NCBI RefSeq assembly: GCF_006345805.1 | Contig: NW_021831850.1 | Coordinates: forward strand, 174,964 to 238,963 | Reading direction: 5' to 3' | Length of the DNA stretch: 64,000 bases | DNA from: Octopus sinensis | Lineage: Eukaryota | In this document: positions 36,894 through 50,829 of the stretch, one piece after another | How the letters are laid out: every line of letters starts with the position of its first letter | Position numbering within the stretch: position 1 is the stretch's first letter | Position numbers and translations under genes: made by a program | The notes under the pieces: generated by a model | Database searches by the model: none | What the model was told of the DNA's origin: nothing | What the model saw: the letters and a program-made list of their open reading frames with translations, nothing else

Positions 36894-39718
36894 ATGATCA
36901 CTACATGCAGATACCACGTTTTGACTGTAAAAGTATTATGAAGTCGCATCCATCCAAATTCCGTCCCCTTTGCCCAGCTGTGTCCAAAATATTGCAGCTC
37001 ACAGACTCCGATAATGATTCCAAGAACCTGGTCACAGTTTCAAGAATCGTTGAAATCCGCAATGGAATAGTAACCTATTCACCAGATTTGAAGTTAATAA
37101 GTTGTGCCACAACAGGCGGTGATTTTGATTTTCATTGTTCTTCTAATGTCACAGACATGACAAGAATTGGTGAACACACTGTTCTAGCCACAATTCCTTT
37201 CCGCAAGAAAATAGTTTTCATTAATCCATCAAGTTTCCACATAAAATCTCTGGATTATAGTTTCTTTACAATTTCTTATTTCGAACATTCTACATTTGTA
37301 GGGACTGAAATGTTTAGTAAGACAATATATCTCATAGACTGGGATAAAAATAAATTTGAAGAAAAATTTAGTGTGAAAGAAATTGTTGGAAACATAGCAG
37401 TTGGTCCACAGTATCATATCTTAATAGCCTTAGATAATATAAATAGAATTAGCTGTTACACAATAGATGGCAGACACTTGTTTCAGTTGAGGACCCATTC
37501 CATCGATATTCCAACCGACCTCACCGTATATCGAAATTATTCTTACGCTGTGCAAGGAAATGTAATTTACAAGATTTCAGCAAACGGTGCTGTGTCCCAA
37601 AGAGAAATTGGGATAAAAGCTCGATATATTTGTGTGGCAACAAATAATATTTACTTGACTGACCGTTTTGGTCTTGCACACATTATTAGGACAAATAAAG
37701 ATTTTTGGCCTCGGCTGTCTTACCATCACCAAGACCATGTCCCGAGCCTGATAAACCAAATCCATATTGATGACCCCTCCAACATTACAACGATTCTACC
37801 TATGTCAGCCTCTTCAGTAGTAATTATATATCGGGATCTAAAAGCTATATTAGTTACTGACGAAGGGCAACCGTTTGGTGGAAAATGTTTAACTTTTAAA
37901 CTCCAGCCTTCTGTTTTCTGTAGAGTGGATTCGAACACATTTCTTGTCCTTTTTAGTGAGGACAGGAAACTTCAATATATTACCTGTCCACAACTAACTG
38001 AAGGTGATTTAATAGACGTCGAAAGCAATTACATTCAAATGTGTCATATGGTATCAAATAGGAGTTTGGCTCTGACCACCAATGAAGGTAAAGTGGAGGT
38101 ACATATTTTATTGATTAAAACGGATCATGTCGACATTGTAAACAGAATTTCATTGGAACATGACAATGTCGCCATTGCTGCTACTCCAATTAATTTTGTA
38201 GTTGTAGACAGAAAGAAACTTAACTTGTTATTTTATTCAAGCTTTGGTGAGGAGCTTTCCAAGAAACACATTGAGTTCAATGGCTATCCTCATCATGTTT
38301 TCACAGACAAATTATACTTGTATGTTATCTTCAGGAGAGAGTCTTTGATGACTTGTTACAATATAATTGGACAAAGGAAATGGCAGTTGAAACTTCCTTC
38401 AAACTTTCGCTGTCACGCTGCTGTTTTCCAAGGAACAGCTTATGTGCTGGACGATCTACTCAGTCAGATTCTTCTTTACAAGTACCATGACTGGTCAGAC
38501 TGTCATGTAACCTTTCAAAACCCTTATAATAAAAATCTAAATATTCGACTCGAAGAAAAGGAGAATGACCAAGTTCTAATTGGTGAAATATGTCATCTGG
38601 CAAATGGACAGTTGGTGTTGTCCGACATATATAATGATTGTTTGCTATACATTTCCAACGAAGGGAACATTGTGTCTAGATTATCTCTGCCGTCTACAGC
38701 TACAGATATATGTCGATGGAATTATAATCAGATAGGCGTCACATTACCTCTAGAGAAGCAATTACGGGTCTTCGGAAACGTATCAAAGGCAGTTATAAGT
38801 GTATCATTAAACCAGCCTTATGTACGGGTGTGTAAGCTGGGTGAAAGTCATATTATTTGTTATTGCGATAAACCATCGCATTTAGATATTTTAAACATTA
38901 ACAATTGTAATCAAGTTCAAATAATTCATAGAATTAATATTCCTTTTGTAATGAAATCATTATCATTAGAAAATGAAACACTAAAACTATTGATTATTGG
39001 TAAGAAAGCAGTATTCTTCTACAAGATCATCAGGAGGAGGAGAAGCAGTGTTTTACCATCCCAAGTGAAAACACCCTCCAATCTCTATGGTGATGGTGGT
39101 CCTTATAGCATTGAGATGATACCCAATATTTTACTGTCGCAAGGGAAAACACAATCCAATCTCTATGGTGGACGTATTGATAAAATGTGTGTTCATTTGA
39201 TAGACAACAGCCGCATGTTTGCTGTAAATGAGCATGACTTGCTGGTGAAAGATCATGTCACAAGAAGCCAAATTAACATGTTCATCGATCTGGTAGATGT
39301 ATTTTCTAGAAACATCAGTCTCAGTGAAATGTTGTCTTCTAGATTGTATCTACAAGATCTCACAGTTTCTGATAAAGCTCATGAAGTTGTTGTTCTTCAA
39401 AGTTTTGGAGATAAACATCCAGTGGAGATTGGTTGTTTGGTTATTACAGAAAATAACCTGGTTGCTTTATATGACAGCACAAATCAAAACATTAAGATAT
39501 TAACTTTTGATGGTCAGCTTGTTGACTCTATCAAGTTAAATGTTGTCCCTAGACATATGTGTTGCTGGCGATCAAACACATTGGTTATAACGACCAATAA
39601 CTATCAACTTCTGACATTAAAAGTGGAATTTCCACTGATCTTGGCAACTTACCACACGGAAAATAGATACAATTGTATCGCTTGTCGATCCGACAATCTA
39701 CTGGTGTGTAGCAGTAGC

Positions 39719-39798
<80 letters not shown>

Positions 39799-41766
39799 CA
39801 GTAGTAGTAGTAGTAGCAGCAGTAATGTTGGTGGTGGTACCTGCATACCCGAAATTGAAAACGGCCTGTTTTATATATATATCGATGAAATACAGTCAGC
39901 TGTCCGTATTATGAGAGAAATAGACTTATTTTGGATGTGCTACAGATATAATATCACCCATATCTCAGTTATTGCTAATTACAACATCATCGTCAATACC
40001 GAGAGGCTCATCACTATTCTGAACCCGAACGGGCAATATTTATATTCATTTAAGCACAGTATTTATTCCCGACCCATTTCTATGGCAACCGATGATACTT
40101 ATTTGTACATTACTGGACGGAAGAACATCTATGAAAACACGAAAAAGTATCGTATTGTCTCATTGTTGCAGAACGGTGAATACAAGAGAATATTCTTAAA
40201 TGAAAGAAATTATAAACGTCCGTTGGATTTCAACAGTATTAACTGTAAAGGCCCGAGAATTGTTGCAAACTATGACTCGTACTTATATATTGAAGGTTTG
40301 TACAAGATTAATCGGGAAAAATTCCCCGTTTCACGGTTACAAACAAACGATTGTCCTGTTCAAGTAAAAGATATCGATATCTCTGATGAAGGAAAGACAG
40401 TTGTGTGCGAAATGGCCAATAATGGAAATGTTAAACTATTTGATGAAGACGGGAAGTTGCTATGTTACAGAGATTTTGGAAGTTTTGTTGGTGGTGTATG
40501 TTTTACAGGAGAAAGAAATATCTTGGTTACACTCCCTAACAGACAAGAAATATTTCAGCTGAAGTCACAAAACTTGGAGAAATATAAAGTTTGGGAAAGT
40601 CGAGTACCTTATGGTATAATATGGAGAAAAGTGGGAAATATTTACTGGTGTGTACATATCAACATGATTGAATGTGATACTATAAAAATTGATGGGGACC
40701 AACTGAAGGTTCTGGAATCTGTGCCGTTATCAAATCTTGATTTTGGCCTTCATTTCCCTTCCATTACATCTCAGAAGAAGGGAATGTTCAGTAATGAATT
40801 ATTTAACAAACTTAAAAACGGTGGCGATGGAGGAGAAAGAAGTACATCAAGGAAAATAGAAGTAAGACGTGGTAATTACATAGCGGAAAGTAAGTTAGGA
40901 ATTTATGAAATATCAGTGAGAAGACTGCCACATAGAACAGCAATGTTCCCGCTTTCATTTTCTCTATCTGGTTTACTAGATTCAAATTCGATGTTTTGTT
41001 TTCTTAATGCTTTTAAGCTAATTATGTTACAAGACAATAGTATCGTCGTGCTCCTCCATAAATGTACTCTCATGGTCACCAGTAGAGACGGTCATCTGCT
41101 TTACAGTCAAACATTTGAAAAAGAAGCTCAAGATATATGTCAATGGATCGATTTGTAGTCCTCTTTCGTGACGATAAACAACTGATGTTCTTCGATACAG
41201 ATTTGTTTCTTTTAAAAAAGATCACAACTGAAAAACCATACAATTTAATGTACAAAAAGAACGGCAATAATCTGGTATGTGTGTTTGAAGACGCTCCAAA
41301 TGAATGTAGTAATATTCCATATGGGACATACGCAGACATACTTCACATTAGCGGTGAAATGTACGAGTATAAGGGCCGAATGAATTTAGGGAAGGAGGGG
41401 AAGGTTGTAGCAATGGGTGTGACATCGAATGAAGACATTGTGGTTCTTAAGTACAAGGAAGATCATTACGATGTATGTTGGTACAGAGACAATTGGGTTA
41501 GAAGTCAACAACTAATGATTCAAGGTGAGGAACCATTTCCAAACATTTTCAACAAATCCTTGACCATCCACGGCGAAAATATTTACATATCAGATTTTAA
41601 TAACAATATCCGCCAAGTATCTGTAGACAGCAAATGCGAAATCTTTCTCAGCTCTCAGGAAATTGAAGTCTGCCACATCAAGGCCATACATGTTTCGGAT
41701 TCTTTCATCATGATTTACGGAAGTTTGGACAACCGTTTTGATGGATTATTTTATTATGAGAGATAA
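36894..41766 (+). CDS. Large terminal exon encoding ~6 tandem NHL/TolB-like six-bladed beta-propeller modules (one frameshift at ~41140-41158)
   Basis: Pyrimidine-rich acceptor ttattgttattcag (AG 36892-93) puts at-gat-cac-tac-ATG in phase 1 with ORF 36905-41158 (1417 aa). ORF 41137-41766 continues the same repeat pattern. Recurrent module starts, e.g. IGEICHLANGQLVLSD..DICRW..IGVTLP and VKDIDISDEGKTVVCE..GVCFTGERNILVTLP. No RT or transposase motifs. Confidence 0.8.
39710..39823 (+). repeat. (AGT/AGC)n microsatellite in frame, ~38 Ser
   Basis: 114 nt in frame within the large ORF. Confidence 0.97.
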
Positions 41767-41894
41767 GGCCCTATATTAAATCGATATATGTTACGGGCAA
41801 TTGGCATTAGCAGCCTTTTGACTATATTTCTTTATTCGATGGGATGCTTCTGGAATAGTCACACAAAATACATAGGTTTTAGCTTGGATCCTTG

Positions 41895-41900
41895 AATAAA
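41895..41900 (+). terminator. Candidate polyadenylation signal
   Basis: AATAAA ~130 nt after the TAA at 41764-66; weak because the DNA is AT-rich. Confidence 0.25.
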
Positions 41901-42718
41901 GATAGTTACCATAATGATTTCTAATTAGTTAATTGATAATAAAATATTAATGAACTAGAAACAGTGTATGTATTCCACTGGAATAGCGTCTCCCCCACAC
42001 ACAGACACAATGACGACATTATCTGATTCAAATTGTTACTCTTACATGTTAACAATCTTATAAAAGAAACACAAAATCTCCATTTAAATTCTTATCTTTT
42101 CTCACCATGTCGTCTTTCCTCTCAACAAATCTTTCAAATGTTTTTTTTCTTTACTTGAATATATTTTATATATTTAACCCTAATTTAAATATAATGCTTA
42201 ATCTTAGAAAGTTTGTTTGAATTAATCACAAAATTATATTCATAAACCAATGCTCGAAATATATATTACATTGTAAAGCTACGGCAGAACATATTCTAAA
42301 ATATATATTACATCATACATTATAGAGCTGTGTGATTCATCTCAATGTAAATAAATAATATATTATTCAACAAAAAGAAGTTGTTTTCCTGATTTTCTTA
42401 TTTTTTAAAACTGTTTTGATATTAATGGGGATGTCTAGTTTACAAATCTTTGATACTATTTCAGCGTGTCACAGAGAGAATCTGTTCCAGATATTTTGTT
42501 CTTGTAATTTCGATGAAGAGCAGCCGTTCTAAATGTTCAGTGGCAACACAGAAGAACTTGGTAAGGACTACCACAGATCTTCATTGTGGATTTCGACAAG
42601 ATCGATATAAGCTGTGTGGGTAGAATTTGTAGAGACTGCATGGAATCAGGCATTGTATTGGCCACCTGTCTGAAATATGTTTACAACAACATTAAGTTCA
42701 TTTGCGGATGCACGCACA

Positions 42719-42770
<52 letters not shown>

Positions 42771-44110
42771 CTTAAACATACATACACAGGCATACAAACA
42801 CACACCGACACATATATAAACAGTGTTTGTTCTAAAGAGGATTAAATTAGATTCGTTTGTGTAAGAAACGATGATCAGGCTATTAGAGAAACCCAACTTA
42901 GAATCTCAGACGTTCACACCGATCATAATGGGTCTCGATTAAAAATGCGTGTGTGTGTGTGTTAGCATACATATATACATATGTACAAGTACACACATCG
43001 CCCATGCCATTCTCTTTGTCATCATTTAACGTCTACTTTTCCATGCTCGCATGGGTCAGACAGAATTTATTAGGGCAGATTTTCTATAGCTGGACGCAAT
43101 TGCTGGTTCCAACTCTCACCTGTTCCCAAGCACGGCAATATTTTCCGATGGCCGGACATGTTTCTGAAGGTAGATTGGAAATGATTGACATCACTTGTAT
43201 TGATGGTAAGGCCGTTTTTAGTCATCACATTATATGAAGTACACACATGATGAACTTCTTTGTTCTTAAGGTCAACATTTACTGTTTCGAAACCAATTCT
43301 ATGCCCTATAGCTGAAATCCCTTTTTTTCACAAAACTGAATCGCTTCAAATTGGTTGAAAAGGGTCAGTGCTCCGATACATTTCAAAATATTAAACTTCA
43401 TTCAGAGAATTAGCGTAGATGAGATGCAGCTTTTGTTTTATGCCAAGGAGAAATGCTACTGAGGCTCAGTTTTAAGCAAGGCAAGAACAGAGGGATTGCT
43501 TGGACAGAGCTCTCTGACCTACTGTCCGTAACATCCCACCAACACCAGCCTGAAAGAGAGAAGCTGGATATTCCTAGGATGATGTTGACGTCTATGATGA
43601 TGGTGATGAAAGAGAATTGGTTGAGTAATATAGGAAATCTCCATCTTTCAAGTTGGTATGACATTGTGTTTGAATGACCCTCCAACTTTTTGCTGAATAA
43701 CAATTATAGAAACAGGTTTCTATATAAGGGAGTTATGCTGAGCTGGGGGGGGGTCACCGGTTTCCCTGTACACTGAGTTCATCAGGGAATCAAGGAAATT
43801 AGAGCCGGTCCTGACTGCCTTGGGGCTGTATTTATTCAACATCTATTTGTATCATTGGAAGCCTAAGATGAGAATGTAGTCTTTACGAGTAGCAGATGTC
43901 CAGGTTCTTTAAACACTAGGAACGTACAAAGAATAAACTCCCTCAAAAGTCAGGAGGACCCTTAGAAGTAGCAAACTGTTTGCTTAGGTGGCCAAGTTAA
44001 ATGTTGTGGAGTGAGGTTGTTCCAAAGGCATAACTGCTTGAATAAGAATAGGCTGGGCAAAGTTCTGAGAGCTACTACATCTGTTAGTGACGATAGGTCG
44101 CTCCCTCTGA

Positions 44111-44510
44111 GTGAAAGGCAGATTGTATGATGCCTATGTACGAACAGCTGCGCTACATGATTGCGAAACATTGGCTGTGACTAGTGAAAATATGCGAAGG
44201 GTTGAAACAAATAAAGCCAGTATGCTCCGCTGGATGAGTAATATCAGTGAGCGTATACAACAGTTTGTAAGTGATTTGAGAGAGGGACTGTGTATACGAG
44301 GCATTAGATGTAGTGTGCAAGAGAGAAGACTGCGCTGGTATGATCATGTAATGAGTATGAATGAAAACAATCTCATCAAGAGGCGCTGATCTCTAATTGT
44401 AAAGGAAACATTGTGGAAGGAGTAGGCCCAAGAAAACGTGGGATGAAATGGGGAGAAATGATCTTCAGACGTTGGGTCTCACGGAAGGGATGACAAGGAC
44501 CGAGACACAG
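44111..44510 (+). mobile_element. RTE-clade LINE 3' fragment, decayed
   Basis: KGRLYDAYVRTAALHDCETLAV..MLRWM..RRLRWYDHV, followed by ggcccaagaaaacgtgggatga (GRPRKTW-like). Confidence 0.65.
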
Positions 44511-45524
44511 GAGGGTTTGCTATGCCTGAGAAAACACGTCAGGCGAAGTAAAATCGTGGTTGATCTTGCATATAGGTATGTCCCCTGCATCTCTTTTAAG
44601 CTGAGCGTACCTAATCTTGTGCGCTCGTGGAGGCTGGTGCAATGTAAAATTCAGCCTCACTGGTGCCACATCAACACAATCAGTACACTCTATAAACTGG
44701 CTGATCGTAAAGACAGATGCCGCTTACCCGCAGCTGAATTTCGTCGAGATACCTGTGCATCTGTCTCAATCTTCCACCACCGACCAGATATTTCTGCCCT
44801 CGACCTACATGCTGTTAACAATGGGAACCGGCTTCTTACACATTTTATGCCGTTGATGCTTCAAAGAGTCGAGGCTTAGGGTACATGTCAGCTGCAGATG
44901 GACAGCTACTTTCTCTGTCATTGTCGGTCTTAGGTCAGGTGAGGATGATTCTGATGGTTGGGTAGGGCTGCAACATAACCCTCAGAGAGAAAGAGAGAGA
45001 GAAAGAAAAAAGGAATTAGAGAAGAGAGAGAGAGAGAGAGAGAGAGAAATGTTAGTGAGGAAAAGAGACGACTCAGATGGTGCTTGGATTTGACGGTAAT
45101 GTCCCACCGACACACATAGATGCGGGAGAGGACAGCCGAGAGGCTTTCCGACTGGAACAGCGATTTCCAGCAGAAGACCCGTGTTGGGAACGCAGCCATT
45201 GTCACTGAAGTGTGCGACGCACCGAATTTGTTTCCCCATAACTCCCCGCCAAACGGACAATATTTAATTAAATTTCCTGTAAATACACTTCAGATGGTGA
45301 TCATTCTGATTATATCGGAATTTGTAGCGAAACAAATTTGTCTGGGGGCGGAAAGATGAGTTTCGTAAAATTCACACGAATTGTCTGTGTTTGCTCAGAA
45401 CTTTAACAAAAATGGGTTATTTTCTAATGTAATTTTCTACAAATACGTTACAGTGTGTGTAAAATGAGATTATATTGGAATTTAATGGGGAAAGAAAAAA
45501 CTAATGAGCACACACACACACACA

Positions 45525-45566
<42 letters not shown>

Positions 45567-47585
45567 ACGCACATCACAATTTTCTTCGAAATTTCAAGTT
45601 TCCTTTTGTCGATATGTGACCTGTTGTACTATGTGTGTGTAATAATCCACCAAATTAATTTTCTCATCTTCATTTCCAATATAATTGTAATCGACACACT
45701 CTGAAAGGCATTTATAGAAAATTCCATTAAAAATGTACTATTTTTCTGAAAGTTGTGAAAAAAGCCAGACGCCTTGTGTGAATTTTCCAAAACTCCTCAC
45801 ATCGAAGAAGGAAAAATGTTTTTATCAAATATTCCGATATAATCGCAATTTACAGCATCAGAAGCTCAGTTTTAGAAAATATAATTTAAAATCTCCAATT
45901 TCTGGAAGCTCTGAGGCAGGAAATTCGGGTGTCAAACATCTGAAGCAATACCGAAAGGCATTTAATATCTTCATAACCGTCGAGATGCGTCAATTTCCGT
46001 CGATTTCCGTTCTCGTAGCTCTTTCCCCGCCACAGCTCCGTCACACATCCATGAGACCGGCCTGCGATGAGTAAAAACAGTGTGTCGAGATGTTTCGGTG
46101 GTCGAGGCGTCGTCACTATGAGCTGAATTTTTCTCCGCTAGATGGCATTCACTTGTTTCCTGTTCTATTCTCATCACTTCCGGTCTGATCCCTTTCCTTC
46201 TCGAAGTTTACTTTCACATTTTTGCAGCTTAAAATAGGACGACAACCAGTGCACGGCTGCACTTTCATTGCATGTTCTTGCTCCATTCTCTTTGTAGTGG
46301 ACAGTCAATGGCTAATCTTTGCAGTTTTCTGACCAAATGCCAATTATAAAATAGAAACTATTAGATTGAGGGAAATGTCCGCGCGTCGTGTTAAAATAAT
46401 GATTTTCTTATGCAAGAATTTATTCAAAAGCAACAAATATTCTTCAAAATAAAGACGAAACGCACGAACTTTTTCCTCAACTTAATAAATAAATTTTGAA
46501 GCAATTAAACAAATAAGAGGTTTCATTTAGTATGCGATGTTTGGCTGCTATTTCTAGCAGCTGCCTCCACAATAGGTGCAGGGTGCAGTGTGAAGATTAT
46601 GAGGAGGAAATTAAGGGGTAAGAATTGCAATATTAAACCCTTCGATCTATTATTTACATTAAATCATTTTTGGAAATCTTCAAATTCTGCGCAAGAAAAA
46701 AATTCAATTTAAAGCGAAAAGGGATTCAATAAGAGTTATTGTTCTTACCCTTTCAACGTTGACACCTCCCACCACGTTGTATGTGGTAGACTGACTTCGC
46801 CCATTTTGCTTTCTTTATTAACTCATACCCTTCCCCTATTACTAAATATATATCGTCCAATAAGCGCGCTCTCTCTCTTTGTCTGTCTCTTTCTCCTTGC
46901 CTCCGTCTCCCACCTCCTCATATATTACCCAATGCTTCCCCCTCCCTTGCTTTTACTCTTAATTCCCTCTGTCTGTACCTCACTAAACCCTTAATGCATT
47001 TTCATACTCTTTCTCCCTCCCCTACAAAACATATCCTCCCACTTCTCCCTCTTTGTCTTCATTCTCTCAGAACCTCATTATATATTCATTTTAATCACCG
47101 CCCACCTCCCTTGCAAACGCGTTCACCTCTTCCTCTCCCTCACTAACTGTATATCTGTCTCTCTTTTTCTGTGTGTGTGTGTATCTCTCTCTCTCTCTCT
47201 CCCACGCATTCTGTCTGTCTCCCTCCCACTCTCTGCTTCCTCATACGTTAATATATCCCTCCCCTTCCCTAGGGTTTCTCTCTCTCACACACTCTTTCTT
47301 TCCTTCTCTCTCTATCTCCCCCACCTCCTTATATCTTACCCTCTCCCTCTTCCTCACCGTTTATTCCTAAGAAACCTTACTTTCTTACAAATAAATTATA
47401 TTTTCAGATTTACCTTCAAATTTCTCTCTCGCTAATTATTTTACCAGAAGCTAATTATTTAACTAACCATTAATTACATAATTACTGTGTAGTTCTTAAT
47501 TGAGCAAATTAAATAGCCGAGACATTGACGGACAATTTAAGAAGCATTTATTCACAGAATCCTCCTACACGTGGTTTGACATCAT

Positions 47586-50500
47586 GCTAGAAATAGCAGC
47601 CCACTACACTCAAAGTTGCTTTGTTTTTCATACGAAATTGAAAGACAATTTAAGAAGCATTTATAAAACTTTTTCCCGGATCTGATCAGACTTCTTCCGC
47701 GAAGGAGAAACCAAGTGAAGAAGCGTCTATAAAACGTATTGGTGGTCTCTTATCTTGCTAGAAATAACCGCCCACTACACTCAAAGTTGCTTTGTTTTTC
47801 ATACGAAATTGAAAGACAATTTAAGAAGCATTTATAAAACTTTTTCCCGGATCTGATCAGACTTCTTCCTCGAAGGAGAAACCAAGTGAAGAAGCGTCTA
47901 TAAAACGTATTGGTGGTCTCTTATCTTGCTAGAAATAACCGCCCACTACACTCAAAGTTGCTTTGTTTTTCATACGAAATTGAAAGACAATTTAAGAAGC
48001 ATTTATAAAACTTTTTCCCGGATCTGATCAGACTTCTTCCGCGAAGGAGAAACCAAGTGAAGAAGCGTCTATAGAACGTATTGGTGGTCTCTTATCTTGC
48101 TAGAAATAACCGCCCACTACACTCAAAGTTGCTTTGTTTTTCATACGAAATTGAAAGACAATTTAAGAAGCATTTATAAAACATTTTCCCGGATCTGGTC
48201 AGACTTCTTCCTCGAAGGAGAAACCAAGTGAAGAAGCGTCTATAAAACGTATTGGTGGTCTCTTATCTTGCTAGAAATAACCGCCCACTACTCTCAAAGT
48301 TGCTTTGTTTTTCATACGAAATTGAAAGACAATTTAAGAAACATTTATAAAACTTTTTCCCGGATCTGGTCAGACTTTTTCCTCGAAGGAGAAACCAAGT
48401 GAAGAAACGTCTATAAAACGTATTGGTGGTCTGGCATCTTGCTAGAAATAACAGCCCACTACACTCAAAGTTGCTTTGTTTTTCATACGAAATTGAAAGA
48501 CAATTTAAGAAACATTTATAAAACTTTTTCCCGGATCTGGTCAGACTTCTTCCGCGAATGAGAAACCAAGTGAAGAAGCGTCTATAAAACGTATTGGTGG
48601 TCTCTTATCTTGCTAGAAATAACCGCCCACTACACTCAAAGTTGCTTTGTTTTTCATACGAAATTGAAAGACAATTTAAGAAGCATTTATAAAACTTTTT
48701 CCCGGATCTGGTCAGACTTCTTCCACGAATGAGAAACCAAGTGAAGAAGCGTCTATAAAACGTATTGGTGGTCTCTATCTTGCTAGAAATAACCGCCCAC
48801 TACACTCAAAGTTGCTTTGTTTTTCATACGAAATTGAAAGACAATTTAAGAAGCATTTATAAAACTTTTTCCCGATCTGGTCAGACTTCTTCCACGAATG
48901 AGAAACCAAGTGAAGAAGCGTCTATAAAACGTATTGGTGGTCTGGCATCGTGCTAGAAATAACAGCCCACTACACTCAAAGTTGCTGTTTTTCATACGAA
49001 ATTGAAAGACAATTTAAGAAACATTTATAAAACTTTTTCCCGGATCTGGTCAGACTTCTTCCGCGAATGAGAAACCAAGTGAAGAAGCGTCTATAAAACG
49101 TATTGGTGGTCTTTATCTTGCTAGAAATAACGCCCACTACACTCAAAGTTGCTTTGTTTTTCATACGAATTGAAAGAAAGACAATTTAAGAAGCATTTAT
49201 AAAACTTTTTCCCGGATCTGGTCAGACTTCTTCCACGAATGAGAAACCAAGTGAAGAAGCGTCTATAAAACGTATTGGTGGTCTGGCATCGTGCTAGAAA
49301 TAACCGCCCACTACACTCAATTGCTTTGTTTTTCATACGAAATTGAAAGACAATTTAAGAAACATTTATAAAACTTTTTCCCGGATCTGGTCAGACTTCT
49401 TTTACGAATGAGAAACCAAGTGAAGAAGCGTCTATAAAACGTATTGGTGGTCTGGCATCTTGCTAGAAATAACAGCCCACTACACTCAAAGTTGCTTTGT
49501 TTTTCATACGAAATTGAAAGACAATTTAAGAAACATTTATAAAACTTTTTCCCGGATCTGGTCAGACTTTTTCCTCGAAGGAGAAACCAAGTGAAGAAAC
49601 GTCTATAAAACGTATTGGTGGTCTGGCATCTTGCTAGAAATAACCGCCCACTACACTCAAAGTTGCCTTGTTTTTCATACGAAATTGAAAGACAATATAA
49701 ACATTTATAAAACTTTTTCCCGGATCTGGTCAGACTTCTTCCGCGAATGAGAAACCAAGTGAAGAAGCGTCTATAAAACGTATTGGTGGTCTCTTATCTT
49801 GCTAGAAATAACCGCCCACTACACTCAAAGTTGCTTTGTTTTTCATACGAAATTGAAAGACAATTTAAGAAGCATTTATAAAACTTTTTCCCGGATCTGG
49901 TCAGACTTCTTCCACGAATGAGAAACCAAGTGAAGAAGCGTCTATAAAACGTATTGGTGGTCTGGCATCGTGCTAGAAATAACAGCCCACTACACTCAAA
50001 GTTGCTTTGTTTTTCATACGAAATTGAAAGACAATTTAAGAAACATTTATAAAACTTTTTCCCGGATCTGGTCAGACTTCTTCCGCGAATGAGAAACCAA
50101 GTGAAGAAGCGTCTATAAAACGTATTGGTGGTCTCTTATCTTGCTAGAAATAACCGCCCACTACACTCAAAGTTGCTTTGTTTTTCATACGAAATTGAAA
50201 GACAATTTAAGAAGCATTTATAAAACTTTTTCCCGGATCTGGTCAGACTTCTTCCGCGAATGAGAAACCAAGTGAAGAAGCGTCTATAAAACGTATTGGT
50301 GGTCTCTTATCTTGCTAGAAATAACCGCCCACTACACTCAAAGTTGCTTTGTTTTTCATACGAAATTGAAAGACAATTTAAGAAGCATTTATAAAACTTT
50401 TTCCCGGATCTGGTCAGACTTCTTCCACGAATGAGAAACCAAGTGAAGAAGCGTCTATAAAACGTATTGGTGGTCTGGCATCGTGCTAGAAATAACCGCC

Positions 50501-50680
50501 CACTACACTCAAAGTTGCTTTGTTTTTCATACGAAATTGAAAGACAATTTAAGAAGCATTTATAAAACTTTTTCCCGGATCTGGTCAGACTTCTTCCGCG
50601 AATGAGAAACCAAGTGAAGAAGCGTCTATAAAACGTATTGGTGGTCTGCTATCTTGCTAGAAATAACAGCCCACCACACT
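47586..50680. repeat. Tandem satellite, 171-bp monomer, ~18 copies
   Basis: gctagaaata recurs at 47586, 47757, 47928, 48099 ... 50485, 50656 (171-bp period; a few monomers carry 1-4 nt indels). Confidence 0.97.
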
Positions 50681-50829
50681 ATACTTTATATCGTTTTTAT
50701 GAAGGTCACTTTAAGGAGCTTCTAAGGAAATATAGTCCAATTGGGGATCAAATATGATGCTAGAAATAACAGCCAAGTATGTTAAAGTTTGGTTTTGTGT
50801 TTCATATAAAAATGAAGGACACTTCGAAA

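Noticed and set aside
45060-46500. GC-richer block with short ORFs, possible DNA transposon or promoter
   Set aside because: No transposase motif, terminal inverted repeats or TSD identified; cannot be assigned without a search.
47586-50680. CRISPR array or alpha-satellite
   Set aside because: There are no unique spacers (whole 171-bp units repeat) and the context is eukaryotic; only the monomer length matches alpha-satellite, with no recognisable sequence similarity.
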